Both the position numbers and the translations under genes were made by a program. This document shows positions 1 through 13,639 of a stretch of 64,000 bases of DNA, in pieces; positions within the stretch are counted from its first letter, which is position 1, and every line of letters starts with the position of its first letter. Location of the stretch: the NCBI RefSeq assembly GCF_006345805.1, contig NC_043003.1, positions 78,058,001-78,122,000 on the forward strand. The letters are read 5' to 3'. The notes under the pieces were generated by a model. The model worked only from the letters and a program-made list of their open reading frames with translations, did no database searches and was not told the origin of the DNA. This stretch comes from Octopus sinensis (taxonomy: Eukaryota).

Positions 1-170
1 AAATCACTCTAGTCTTCGATCTTCGCACACCGTTCTATATTTAGCTGACATCTCAGAATAGAGGGGAAACTACGTTGTTCTACGCATCAGTTGGTGCTGT
101 TTTGCATGGATGGGAATCGTTGTGCTCGATATATCGAAGATTAAATGTATTCACCTTGTGTAGTGTTAGC

Positions 171-202
<32 letters not shown>

Positions 203-2300
203 GCGCGTGTGATGTTTTCTTTTCTGGCAATCTAATTCAATATCAACTGTGCATACTTAAAAACAACCAAAAATATAAGCTTGAAGTAAATTAATGCATA
301 AGCGCTAAAAATGCAAAACAAACCTCAAAATCTTGTTTTCGGCGAGGTGACAATAAATATTTTTTATTCCCTTATGTTAATTTCATACAGCTTGTAGCTA
401 TATTTTCATCTTTCTGCAAAGCATCATTGTTATGCTTTGTGAAATGATTATTTTTTCTTCGTTATTCATAATTTAGATATGTTTCTAATGGTATGTGATA
501 TCATGACATTAACAATGTTTTTTTTTTTTCACCGATATCTACATTCCTATGAATTAATAATACTATATGAAATGTCGTTTAGTTAATTGCATCTTTTAAT
601 ATTTATCTGACTAGAAGTGTATTGGTGTTCGATTTGACATTTCTTCTAGTTGTATGAAAACGTGTCCTTCAATTATGTAACTACTGGCATTGTACAGGAA
701 TTCACAGATGTTTTGTTTACTGGCTAAACTATACAATACTGGGCTTATTGCACCTAAATGTGGGGCTTATTCATATTTTTAAAGTCGTGTTTACACAATC
801 ATTTTAACAACCGATTTTTACTCAATGCAGACACTCACGTGTCTCCTCGAATTTTTTAACCTTATGCAATTTCATTCATTCCAGCACCCCCCCCCCACCG
901 CCAGATAGGATGGAAAAAAATGAAAGGGTACTTGTACTTAAGCCATTGCCAGACACCCCGTCATTGTCCGTAACCGAGACTACGTTTTTTATTGTCCTTC
1001 CTTTTTTTTTTTAGATGGTAGAAGTTGATTTTAAATAATTTGGATGCTATTCTAGCAGACGGAACGATCGCATAGGTGTCCTCATGATAAAGAGGCAGTA
1101 GTTATAAAATATCTTTTCAGTGACAGTAACCGCCTCTTTTAAAGTCTTGTTCCTAATTTATATATATTACACTCTCATTTTTTAAATACAGAATATATTA
1201 TCTAATTTAGGATTTCACTGTTAAGACTTTCCAGTTAAGTCTTTCCGTATATAGTTCGCCAACAGTGTTTAAATTTCGTGACACGTGCAGTTAATGTTTT
1301 GCTTAAATTTCTTTCGGTTGCTAATTTCAATAGTACACAGCAGTCACCTGTCAACTTGTCTCTTTCAATTCATTTATACGTTCACGCCCAATTTACGCGG
1401 CAACTTAGTTAAAAAGTGTCAAATTGGTCCTTATCTTTCCAGTTTTTTTTTTTGTCTGTTAAGCTGATCATTATGCATTCTCATTTCAACGGGAAACCGA
1501 ACTGATAAACTTCGTTTGCTTTTTTTTTTCCAGCATTTTGAGACTTAAACACATGTTTAACATGCTTCGGAGATCTTTATTCCTGTCGCTTATACCTGCT
1601 AGAAATTGTCCGTCAGCTTTCCCCTCATATCACGCTCTGTGGTTTTAGAAAGTGGGTATAAGACATCAGTTAGGATAGTCCTAGATATCCACGAACATTT
1701 GGATGGTTACGGCTGAAATGCCTTTTGATCATAGGCTTGTTTAGTCGGGATCAAGTTTTGACTAAACAATTTCACCTAGGAAATGCCTAAGTTTTACCAA
1801 GGGAGCCTCTGTTAGTTTCTATTACAATTCTCAACGAGGATTTAACCACTTGTTGACATACCCAGTTCGTAATTTACAACAGCTAAAGACAATTAAATAT
1901 ATACCATGCGTACATGTAGCATACATGCTGTGCGCAACTGGTCAAATATTTGTTTTTATATACTTTTCCATTATTTCTGAATAACTCATGTTTAATTATT
2001 GAAAGTTCTGTCATCTTTACTAAATTACATAATCGTCTTTCTAACTCAACCGGAAGTTATTTATTTTATTTTTATTTGCTTAACGAGTTTATTTCGAGCG
2101 AGTATTTCTATTTTAGATTGTTGTAGTTTGTTAGTTTTGAATTACCGACTTCAAAAAGTTCGGTGTCGCTTAATACACTCCGGTTTTAAGTTCAAATGCT
2201 CAAACCGGTCCAACTCGAAAGTTACATAATCCCCTGTTTATTTGTCGAATTGTTGGTTTTTCTTTTCTTTTTCATGTTGTTTAATTATTTGTTCAATGAC
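1..2300. promoter_or_regulatory. CpG-retaining, probably promoter-proximal part of KIF21 intron 1
   Basis: CG dinucleotides are frequent here, including inside old repeats, and scarce in most of the downstream intron (qualitative, not counted). No first coding exon (V-x-V-A-x-R plus a phase-2 donor) found in the window. Confidence 0.4.
170..211. repeat. (GT)n-(GCGT)n-(GC)n alternating purine-pyrimidine tract
   Basis: GCGTGTGTGTGTGTGCGTGCGTGCGTGCGTGCGCGCGCGTGTG read directly. Confidence 0.9.
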
Positions 2301-3663
2301 TCGTTGTTAGTTTCAGTATTCTGTTTGTGAAACAGCTCTCTCTCTTTCTCCCGTTACTGCTAATTACTTTTTGGCAAGTTGTATTTGCAAATTTTATGGA
2401 AAATTCTTTTAAATAACCTTCTGTTGGCTACTATATCTCATCTATTAGGTGGATCTCTGAACATTTAAAGCATTTTTTAAATAGATTTTCTATAATCACT
2501 ATCTTTCTAAGACACAATGCTAACATTCGTTCATTATCACGGGCAGTTTGCTGAACCTAGTAAGGACAAAATGAACGATGGTGAGTTCAACTTAATCACT
2601 ATCAAACGGAGAAGGGGCGGTACGCATGGGTGCTGCTTTTGTTGGGGCAGCACTCTTGAGTCTGCAGCATAAGCCTGAATAAGGGCGGAGATAGGGGCAA
2701 ACTCAAAGGCTGTTCCGCGCGGCATTCTCTCTAGTTGTCAGTGGTCTACTTTCATTGGGCCAGCTTTCTGATTATGGGCTGCCAACTCAGTTATATTGGA
2801 TAAGGGTTTGTGAGGCGGCCCATCATAGATACATCTTGTACCAAGTAAATAACATATCAAACTACATTAGATTCTACATTGGCGACACAAATCGTGCCAC
2901 TTCATCGAAATTATAATTTAAAAATTTGAATATCTTTTTTTCCACCCAGTAATCAGCACCAAAAGACAATGAAGATTTCATGTGATGCATATATAGAAAA
3001 TCAGCCCAGCAGAGACCTTTTTTTTCTTCTTGGGAATAGTCATACAGAGATTTGAACCTGTCAATTTAGCCAGTACTGTAGAATTGGATTAGATTAACAA
3101 CCCATTGTTATTAGGGAATCACTAGGGGCTGTTTTGTGTGCAGTGTATCAAGGGCTGGTTACTTTTGTAGAACATTGCTTTGCAAGCTACTAAAATAGTT
3201 GTCAATACCTTGTGGTATTTAATTGCATGCCTTCATATTCTGAGTTCAAATCCAGCTGAGGTCAGCTTTACCTTTCGTTTTTTTTTTTTCAGTGTTGATA
3301 AAATAGTTAGCAATCAAGTACTCTTCATCATCATGTAGTCAGTTGACTTGTCTGGACGAATGCAACTTTTTCTATACCTGACATTCTGATTGAGCAACGT
3401 GGCATGAACATCTGCTTCAGGTTTCAATCACATTGGTCTTTTGCTAGCTGAAATATCTCATCTGTGCATGCCTTAACTGCAGATGATAGCATTAGTTGGT
3501 GAAAACTGAACAAATTGATCCCTAGCTCTTGATTGTTCACATGCTTAGCATCCAGTGATATTCATTGATTCAATGAGATTCATTTGACAAGTTAGTTCAC
3601 ACTCACCACTATGCATTCCATGATTTCAGTGTACTCTGGTTTGGGTGGTTATATGCTATTTAA

Positions 3664-3883
3664 CCTTTTAGCATTTAAGCCACCCATATCTGCCCCAAAT
3701 ATTCTACCTGATTTATGTTCGAACTGCCCAGATTTGGCTTCTCCCATCTACTCAACAATGTCATTCTAAAAATATACAATCACATCATCAAAATTTCAAA
3801 GCTATGAGATTATGCATTATGAATTCAAAACAATCAAAATAAATAAGCATTACATTTGACAAAATAATCTGAATGCTAAAGGG
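3664..3883 (+). mobile_element. piggyBac-type non-autonomous MITE (220 bp)
   Basis: TTAA (3660-3663) + CCTTTTAGCATT ... AATGCTAAAGGG + TTAA (3884-3887); no ORF. Confidence 0.85.
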
Positions 3884-4496
3884 TTAACCCATTGTTTGAG
3901 ACCCTGACAGGTGCTACATCTCGGGGCCAGAGTAGACCTGGAAACAATAATGGCTAAGTGGTTCAACACTCCTCAGAACACTGGAACTCTTGAACAGGGG
4001 CCCCACTACCAGATGCAGTTTAAAATCATACCCAAGGGATAATGAAGATAATATTGGCTAACTTGTTCCCAGTTGGTATGGCACAGCTATACTAGAAGTG
4101 ATGGTAGTTTTAAGTGAGGTGGATGGAGGAGTTCTCAGAGAAGAAGTTCAGCTCAGAAAGAGAGAGAGAGAGCTATCTGAAGGTGAACCAGGAATTTATC
4201 AAGTCAATCTAATTCATTATATCGAACCCCTTACCAAACTGGAGGGCTTTTATTTCTGTTAGATACTAGGCAGGAACAAGTTGCAACTGTCTACAGCTCT
4301 CTAAAATAGATTTATACTAGGTCTTTACCTGTCGTTACGCTGCCAGTAAGAATTTCAATCATGCATGTACCTTCTTTTTATAGTAGACTTGTATACAGTG
4401 AAAGTCTCATTAGTTACTATCATGACAACTATCTACCTACTCTCTCTCACTATTTCTCTCAACAACAACCTGTTTTTTTATTATTTTGAAACAAAT

Positions 4497-4659
4497 AGGC
4501 GTAGGAGTGGCTGTGTGGTAGGTAGCTTGCTCACCTACCACATGGTTCTGGGTTCAGTCCCACTGTGTGGCACCTTGGGCAAGTGTCTTCTACTATAGCC
4601 TCAGGCCGACCAAAGCCTTGTGAGTGGATTTGGTAGATGGAAACTGAAAGAAGCCCGTC

Positions 4660-4707
<48 letters not shown>

Positions 4708-4907
4708 CTGTGTTTGTCCCCCCAACATCGCTTGACAACCAATGCTGGTGTGTTTACGTCCTCGTAGCTTAGCGGTTTGGCAAAAGAGAACGATAGAATA
4801 AGTACTAGGCTTACAAAGAATAAGTCCTAGGGTCGATTTGCTCGACTAAAAGGCAGTGCTCCAGATGGCCGCAGTCAAATGAATGAAACAATTAAAAGAG
4901 TAAGAGT
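4497..4907 (+). mobile_element. tRNA-derived SINE, family A (full length, internal (TA)/(TG) microsatellite)
   Basis: Head AGGCGTAGGAGTGGCTGTGTGGTAGG...GGTTCAGTCCC; CORE-like CACCTTGGGCAAGTGTCTT; 3' half ending TGAAACAATTAAAAGAG; near-identical reverse copy at 26864-27283. Confidence 0.9.
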
Positions 4908-5135
4908 AAATTATAATTCTCTTTCTCATACGCAATCTCTCTCTCTAACGACAGCAATAATGTATATTTTCAGCCAGTAACTAAATGATTGGCAACATAC
5001 TCTGTAGAAACTAATAGTCTCTAAGTACCCTATCAATTAACCCCTTCTACACTGTTACTATATGTGATGGGTGTTTAAAGAAAACCATCACCCAGCAGAT
5101 CATTCAATAATTTATAGTTCAGTTGTTCGCTTCAA

Positions 5136-5353
5136 CCCTTTAGTGTTCACATTAGTCTAATTGTAATGCTTATTTACTCACATTGTGTTTTCTATTAATT
5201 ATGCATTGCATTGTAGGTTTGAGATTTCAGTGATGTGATTGTATATGTTTAGAATGACGTTGTAGGGTAGGTGTGAGAAGAAGGCTCTGTCCAGTTTGAA
5301 CATAAAACGGGTAGAATATTTGGGCTCGATATGGCTGGTTTAAATTCTAAAGG
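5136..5353 (-). mobile_element. Second, more diverged copy of the same TTAA MITE in opposite orientation
   Basis: Starts CCCTTTAGTGTTC after TCAA; interior is the reverse complement of 3664-3883 (e.g. GGTAGAATATTTGGG vs CCCCAAATATTCTACC). Confidence 0.75.
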
Positions 5354-6184
5354 TAGCCTTATTTATTTAATATCTTTCTTCCCCCCCCTTGAAAAATCAT
5401 ATGGGTACCTTAGTGAACAAATCAACATGTAGATCTGCCAAAAACCAAACAATTCAGTTGAAATTCTATTTTATTTCCTGTGCTCCAGCTAATTGAGTCT
5501 GTAAGTTGCTGTCTTAGTGGTTGAAGGACCTGTGTTTTATAATCTAATTACTAGTATTATGCTGTCTCCATTGCTCATGATGTCTCAGTTGACTGGGCAG
5601 AATTTGTGCACATACTTAGTTTGATGGCAGGGAATGAGTGAAGAACGCTACACACAGTGAGAGAGACAGAAGAGGAGAGGGAGTAGATGACAGAGAGAGG
5701 AATGAAAATGTAACAGTTCAGAACAGTATGATAAAGCATAAAGAAATATAGTAGATATAAGTTATAAAACAAGGTAGAAAAAGGAGTGAGGAGAGAGGAA
5801 GAGAAGGTGATATGTAGAGGAGAAAGAGCATATGGGAAGAAGGTGGGAAGTAACAGGGTAGACAGAGGAGGGGGTGCAGTCAATTATAACCGTATTATGG
5901 AGGAAATTAAAGCATATCATATTTGAAAATCGGTGAAAGTGGTGTAATAGAATAGAATCATCAATTGGAAAGGTATTTGAACAATTTGAAGTGTAAAACC
6001 ATGTTTTATAATTGTCTCTGAAATACTTTTATAAAGATGAATAAATATAGAAAATATATGAATAAATCTAAACAGAAAATATGTTCGGTAAAGTGAGAAT
6101 ATATAGACACTCAGATATATTGGTGTGTTTGTGTGTATAGATACACATTCAAATATACAGGTATTGATATATTTTCACATACAG

Positions 6185-6223
<39 letters not shown>

Positions 6224-6859
6224 TATATATCTTTATGCCTTGTTTCCTGATATTACCCATGGTAGCTAAAGTATACTTACCTGTCATGATAAGTGACACT
6301 AGTTACTATGCAATTAATGATGGTAATTTGGTAGATATAAGACAGAGGAATAGACTGAGTTATAAAGATAATAATACACGAGAAGTACATTTTCAGTGCT
6401 ACCAGTTCTGTAATCTTATAGGTTAAGACCAGGAACAGTGGCAGAATTAGAATAAAGAGCAGAAAATAGAGTACTTGATACTCTTTCTAAAATGCTGGAT
6501 ACATTGATTCCAACGATAAATTTGGATATTATACTACTTCTTAATTCCTGTTTAAATCTTGTTCATGTCACATTATATTTTACTGATGAATTCTTCAGTG
6601 GGTTCTGGCTGCAAATCAGAAAGAATGCATTAGATTTTAGTCTCAACTAATTCTATTCATGTTGCTAAATCCTTTCACACGGCACAGTTAATAGAAATTC
6701 ATGCTGTTGGTCAGTTGTGAAATTACCAGCCATGCAAAATGGTTTAAGACTCTGGCAGGTGTATGGCAGAACTGATAGAGTATCTGACAAAATACCATGT
6801 TATGTCTCATTAGGTTTTGTGTTCAAATCCCTCTGAGGTTCACTTTTCTTTTTAGTTTA

Positions 6860-7140
6860 TTTTGTTTCAGTCATTAGACTGTGGCCATGCTGGGGCACCA
6901 CCTTGAAGAATTTTGAATGAATTTGTAAGCCAGGTACTTATCCTATCAATCCTTTCTATTGATCCAACACGCACACATGACAGGCTTCTAACAGTTTCCA
7001 TTTACCAAATCCACTCTCAAAGCTTTGGTCAGCCCAAGGCTATAATACAGGATACATACCTTAAGTGCCAAGCAGTGGAACTGAGCTTAGAACCATGTAG
7101 TTAGGAAGCAAGCTTCTTACCACACAGCCATGCCTGCATC
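6860..7140 (-). mobile_element. SINE family A, diverged copy
   Basis: Reverse-complement head (CTTCTTACCACACAGCCATG) and body (ACCAAATCCACTCTCAAAGCTTTGGTC). Confidence 0.7.
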
Positions 7141-7709
7141 AATAAAATGGTAAAAAAAAACGTTTTACTGGGGTTGATGTAATTGATTATACTTTAGGTG
7201 GTACCAACACTGGGTGCAGTCCAGTGACTGAAATCAGTTATTATGCTTCTTTTATAATCTAATTCCTTTAATTTTAGGTGAAGTATATTGTTGGTATTCT
7301 ATGAGGCCTATCAATAAGTCCTCATTCTTTTGCTTTAGTTCTAAAACTGAAAACATTAAGCATATATTGTAGGTAAGGTTGTTTTGAAAGGAATAAAAAA
7401 TTTGTAGGACACATGAGATCTTTTGTCACCTTTTCAATTGAATGATGATTTCAATTTGAAAACCTGAAATATTAGTAATTCAGTTCGTTGATGTTATGAT
7501 TTTTTAAGAAGTTAGTAAAGGAAAATGAGAATTGACTTTATAATTATTTATTGAAATTATGTCCAGTGTTGAGTTTTGGTAGAGTTATTCATACTCTTAA
7601 ACTTTTATCAGACATTTTGTTTGCGGTATAATATAGCTGTTTTAATGCAGTATAATTTTATCTGTAGTAATTAGTTTCTGTTTGTGAAAATACTTCAAAA
7701 ATGTATATA

Positions 7710-7910
7710 CAGTAATCCCTTGACTATTGTGGGTGTTGTTCCAAAAACCCCTGCGAAGTAGAAACAGCACTGTACTGTATATATTTTTCATTTATTTTTA
7801 TAACTTGTATGTATTTATTTTATTATAAATGCAAAACAACATGGAGGAATTGACGCAAGTTTAAATAATAAACTGCGCTAGGTGAGCCGCGATATGGCAG
7901 AGGATTACTG
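7710..7910. mobile_element. Tc1/mariner-superfamily (pogo/Tigger-like) MITE
   Basis: TA (7708-7709) + CAGTAATCCCT ... AGAGGATTACTG (ends 7910) followed by TG (mutated TA); imperfect ~24-bp TIRs, 201 bp, no ORF. Confidence 0.7.
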
Positions 7911-8090
7911 TGCATATATAGGAGTGTGTGTGTGTGTGACAACAAAATTAGTTACTGTTAATTGATATATTCCTGTAGTCAAATATGAACATAGCTGGTG
8001 CTCCATCCAGCATGAATGCAGTGGGGTTAGTAAAAGTAATTAGATAGTGGAGTTGATAAAATTGTCTGCCTTCTTCCTTCTCAAGTATGT

Positions 8091-8460
8091 GGCCCTGAGT
8101 ATTTGGATTGTGGCCATGCTGTGGCATCACCCTGAAGGGTTTAGTTGAACAAGTTGACAGCAATGCTTAATTTTAAGCCTGTTACTTATTTGTTCTCCTT
8201 CTGCTGAATTGCTAAGTTATGGGGATGTAAACGAACCAATGCGTATTTTCAAATGGTGGTGGTGATGGGGGACAGACACTTGCACACACAAACATATGAT
8301 GGGCTTCTTTCAGTTTTCAATTACCAAATTCGTTCACAAGGCTTTGGTTGACTTCAGGCTATAGTGAAAGTCACTTGCCCAAGGTGCCATGCAATGGGAT
8401 TGAACCAAAGATCATATGGTTGGGAAGCATATGTCTTACAACACAGTCATGCCTGTGCCA
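8091..8460 (-). mobile_element. SINE family A, diverged copy
   Basis: GGGCTTCTTTCAGTTTTC...CAAGGCTTTGGTTGAC...CACTTGCCCAAGGTGCCATGC matches the reverse complement of the family A body. Confidence 0.75.
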
Positions 8461-11400
8461 TCATGAAACAAGTCAAATGAAAGCATGATAAATCCTGTCA
8501 CACCAGCTTTATCTTATGGCAACAAGATGTTATGTTGTATGAGTTGTGAGTTAAACAATCAACACACACAAGGCTCTCATTTAATACTGAGTAAATAATG
8601 TTTGTTGATGCCATACCTCACAATGTCTTGTCTTGGTGGAGAAAGTTTTTACTCTGCAAGACATAACTGTAGACCGGAGAAGACTTTCGGGCATTAATTT
8701 TGACAGTAGTATGGTAGATGGACATTTAAAGACCCGTTTTTGGTGACATTTCTGTCTGTGCTACTAATTTTATATCTTAATAAGAATTTCATGGCTGAGA
8801 GCTACATTGTTAAGATGGTCTGTTTGTTTACACTCTTCTAATTAACCTCATTACTTATTTTATCAAGCCTACAGTGACATGCTAAATGGTTGTTACATTG
8901 TGGCATAGACCTATAATGGATATGTCTTTAAACTTAGTTTATAATTACATTTTTGCAATTAAAAACTAATCATTGTGGACAAAAATCTTCTGCAATTAAA
9001 CAGCTCTGTTGTAGCACAAACAAAATATTTGATAAGTCTAAAGTAAAACTGTAAAAGCCTCCACTATATGAATTGATAGCAAGTTACAGTGTGTTGAGGA
9101 GGGTCGGGAATACTACTTGAGAACAAAGTCTTAATACTGTTAAGCCAATGAATGGGCATTTTCTTAGAATGGAAATGGGTTATAAATGTACAAAAGCTGG
9201 TGAGAAGTGTGTAGCTAGTTGACAAAGGTTTCATTGGAATATACAGTATACTGATTTTCTGTGAGTGCTTTTAAATCATTAAAATATCAAGAGGAAAACA
9301 TTTTTGTGTATCTCACTTGACAGTATCTTATACAAACATTTAAAAATAACTATTGGTTATCCAACTAACAGTAATCTGTGTATAAGCTTAGTGTTTTCCA
9401 CAAAATTTTCTTGCTTACTTATTTAAAAACATGAAATTTTGGGACTAGATCATATCTGAAAACCTTGCAAATGAATCTTGAAATAACATGCAAATGCGGA
9501 AGCAATAGCTTTAGATACATGTTCAATCACTTGCACATCAATTTGGTATTTGAAGCAGAAATAACAGTTGAAAGTAGATTAGTACAAAATAAAAGTTTCT
9601 TATACCTCAGATGTTTAGTCAATTTCAATCTCCAAATATGTTTATACATTGGCAAAAGAAAATAGGTTAAATGCTCTAATTTTTATGAAGAGAGTATAAC
9701 GAAGTAAATCTTTTGAAATGACCTATTAATACAGGCAATGAGTTTGCAGAATTGATAGTGCATTGAAGGAAACACCTTCAGTGTTTTTGTTGTGGTTCAG
9801 ATATCCAATCAACTTTTCCAAGGTAAACTTTTGCTGTTCCTTCTGGGCTCGATAAAACAAAGGTCATCCAACTAGTGGAATTGATAAAGCACTAGATGAA
9901 ATGTTTTGTAGTATTTGTTCCAGTTCTTTTACGTTCAGTGCTTGCATTCCACTGAGGTTAGTTTCACCTTTAGTCCTTTTCATAGAATTATCAGTCGAGT
10001 AATAGTGCCATTTCTCCTCCATTCAGCTATCACATCATTGAGGATCCACTTTAGGTTTCAGATATTTGATACATCTATATAAATATCTATGCATGTATGT
10101 GTATATATATGAAAAGCTTATCTTGTCAGCTGTTTCTGTGGAGTTTCACCAGTAGTGTTAGGCTGGTTTATCAGATGTGAATGTATTGCATCACCCAATT
10201 TCTGTCCAACACACTAGCTTGATGTCTAATCAACTCAAATTATTATACCATGGTATCGAGTTCTTTTTCTCCCATTCATTAATGCCTACATATATTTCCC
10301 CCATCTCCATCTATGTACAAGAGGTGATGTTGCCAATAGTATCTTTTTAATATGTCTGAGAATATTATCTATACATCTGTTTGTTTGTTTTTTTTCCACA
10401 ATACAAGAAAGAAACCAAATATCATCAGTCCTGTCTTTTAAAGTAAACACTATCTTGAATCAATATGGAAAGCATACTGGTTGTCTGTCTGCATTCTTTG
10501 TGCAATTATTGCCTCTACTACCACCACCACCACTGCTACTACCACCACCACCACCACCATCGCCACCACTACCACTACTTTTAGTGAAAACAGTAAAAGG
10601 AAGATCTTCAATCCTTATTGATCCTATTCATTTTCTAATTCTGCTAGGTTTGCTTGGGGAGTAATTCTAGTAATTTTTAGCTCAAATGAAATGGTTTCTT
10701 CAGCTCCTCATCTGAAATGGTTAAATTGGTTTACTTTGTGCTTTTGTGAATTGGGTCAATTATTGCAGCTGAAATAAGCCTATAAAAATTGTAATTCAAT
10801 CTTGGTTGGAACTTTTCCATTTCAGATATTTTGATTGCTTGAATCAGAGAAATATTGTTTCAGATATTTCCATGTAATAATTGATCATTATAATAGGGCT
10901 TTTCAGAAATTGTATACATATTCCACCTCTGAGGACAATGAAAACTAAACCCTTATAGAAAGTGTTGTTTAGCCCTTGTTCAGCTCTGATCAAGCACACC
11001 TGCATTCAGGCATGTCTTTTTCATCATCTCTTTTTTGTATTTCTACAACTACATTTGGATAAAGTTTTTCTTGTTTTAAGTTGGTAGGCTGCAATATGAA
11101 GGAATTGATTGACTACTTGTATAGGGGTTAGATATACAGTTTGCTGGGTGTATGAGATACTGTTTGTACATAGGTTGTCAGTTCTTAACTTATTACAAGC
11201 TTGCATATCTCTGTTAATTTGGTTTTGTTGTTACCTGTGATGGTCTAGCTGCCTCTGTAGTGTAACAGTTCTCTCACAGCTACTTATTCTCAATAATGTT
11301 CAAAGTAACTGTAAACCTTGAAGATTTTTTTTTTTAAGTGATTGCTAAAGACTTTTTGATGTGACATTCTAATGGTGGTATATAATTATCTGACATTGTT

Positions 11401-13639
11401 TCACACCACCATCTAGTCATTTTCAAGAATTCACACCAGGTCTTCAGCAATCTATATGCCTCAGAACCCTGGAAAAGGAATTATGGTCTTTGATTTTCCT
11501 TTTCAAATTCACAAAAATTAAGTGCTATAGTATTATAAATAGGTGCTTTTATATTTTGTGTTTTAAGTTTAAATTTTGTTGGAATTGTCTTTCTGTTTCT
11601 TAATCTGATAAATTAAGTACCAGAAATGGCTTCAGTGAGTTCTCTGCTACATGTTCTAAGAACTGGCTGCTTTTAGTCAGCTACAAATCTATGTATCAGC
11701 ATTGTAACTGGAGGATTAACATGTTAAACCATTGAGGCATTATTAATTGGAGCCAAGAACTACTTCATCAATTTAAGCAAATATGAAAATTTGTCGACCT
11801 TGATTCTCTTGGAACATAAAACTGACTGTAAAAATATTTACCAGTGGCTTCTAGTATGAATTGGATTGGACTTTGACAAACTGTTCAACCTATACCAACA
11901 AGGAAAACTGACATAAAATGATGATGGTTGCAGTTGATATTGTTGTTAATGATGCCTAGCATTTAAATTTTACTGAGGTTGTTCAGTGTATTTAGTTAAA
12001 TTGACTCAAATAAGTTCAAATGTTGGCTTCATTAATGCCTTACTTTTAGCCTGCCTTGATTATTGAATTTATTGTGTGTAAAAAATTTGTGGATTGAGCC
12101 ACTTACTGTATCTGTTTTATTATAGTAGAACTTATGTGGGTATATTCACTTTATGTGTGTGTGAAAATAAACTCAGTGTTGGCAGGAATGGCTGAATGAT
12201 TAAGAAATTTACTTCACAATCATGATATCCTGGGCTTGATCCTACAATACAAAACTTTCAAATCTAGACACAAGTCGACCCAAACCCTGAGAGTAAAAAT
12301 GGATAAAGGGAAATGGTGTAGAAGTTTGTTGGTTGGATTATCTGTCATTAAAGGGTCCAACATTGTCATGCTGAGTCAGCTTGAGGAATATATTAATGGT
12401 ACAAAGGTCTGTGGAATACTCATACATATGTAATACAATGTGTAGTTCCATTGATCTGTGGAACTCATAGACTCTGTGGAAATTGATCCAGCAGCATTGT
12501 TTTTTATTGGTTATTTGTGTTCATCTACTATTATGTCTAGTAAATTGAAACCCCACATCTAAAGTGACATTGTATAGAATATGTATGGGGGTGATTTAAA
12601 GTGATATATTTGTAAGATCTGTTTAATCTGTATCAGTAGGGAAAGGCGTTTACGAATGGATCATTCAACAGTTTCTCTTCTATTCACAAAATAGATATAA
12701 ATGTGAGTGAAAATATTTTCTCTTTATCAGTTTGGGGAAACTATCTGCTTGCTTTGCAACTGGAACTAACAACTATTTTCCTCTGTTTAAAGTAACTATG
12801 TTAGTTATTTTAGTCAAATGTATAGATCGCTGGTGCATTAGGCAGCACTAAATAATACAGTACACAATTGTTTTCTAAAATCTTATTCACTAGACACCTA
12901 CAGATGTTTTTTTCAAGTGCTTAAATCAATCCAAACATTTATCTAAGTTAGTATTAACCTACTTAATACAATGAACATATTTGTTAACACAAACTTGACT
13001 GTTATTTTTCATGTAGAGTATTCTATCTCTGAGTATTTAACCTCAGTGTTTTATTTAATGCTAACTTAAAAGCCGCACACCATGCGGACTTTTAAGCTAG
13101 CTCCTGTGGAGGGCTAATTGAGCCTGCGGCCCAAAGCTGAAGAGAGCAATAATAGTAATAAAGCATCTATTGGTACCTTACCAATATGGTTTTACTTTAA
13201 ATTCAGTTTAAATGAAAAACTTTAAGTTCACAAATTTTTGGAGTTCTTTTAAAATTTGAATTTTCAACTGTTAGCACACAACAAATCCTCATCCTGATCT
13301 CAATGCTGGCTGTTCAAGAACCAAATGAAGAGAAGATTTTCAATCCCAGGATCATCTTTATTCCAAAAAGGTGTATGTCTATGTAGAGCAAATGTAGACT
13401 AAGATACAGGGGTCCTAGATGGACAGACAGACAGAATTTCATGTTTATTATTATAGGTATTTGCTGGTTTATATATTTATAGATATGAAGGTTAACAGAA
13501 ACTCATTTGTTAAATAATAATGTCAAAGTTGAGTGTAATACTTCCTTACCAACTGGTACTTTTAATTTTAAGATTGAATGGAATTTAAAATGTGAAGATT
13601 AGCATGAATTCAACCTTCATTAATTGATATATTCACTTG

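Noticed and set aside
5489-5500. 12-nt microexon candidate (CTCCAG|CTAATTGAGTCT|GTAAGT)
   Set aside because: Splice-like motifs of this quality arise by chance in a 35-kb AT-rich intron, and in the required phase-2 frame it contains a stop (TAA).
10455-10664. Proline-rich ORF and (CCA)n/(CTA)n tract, similar tract at 34380-34415
   Set aside because: Trinucleotide microsatellite; no splice or homology support.
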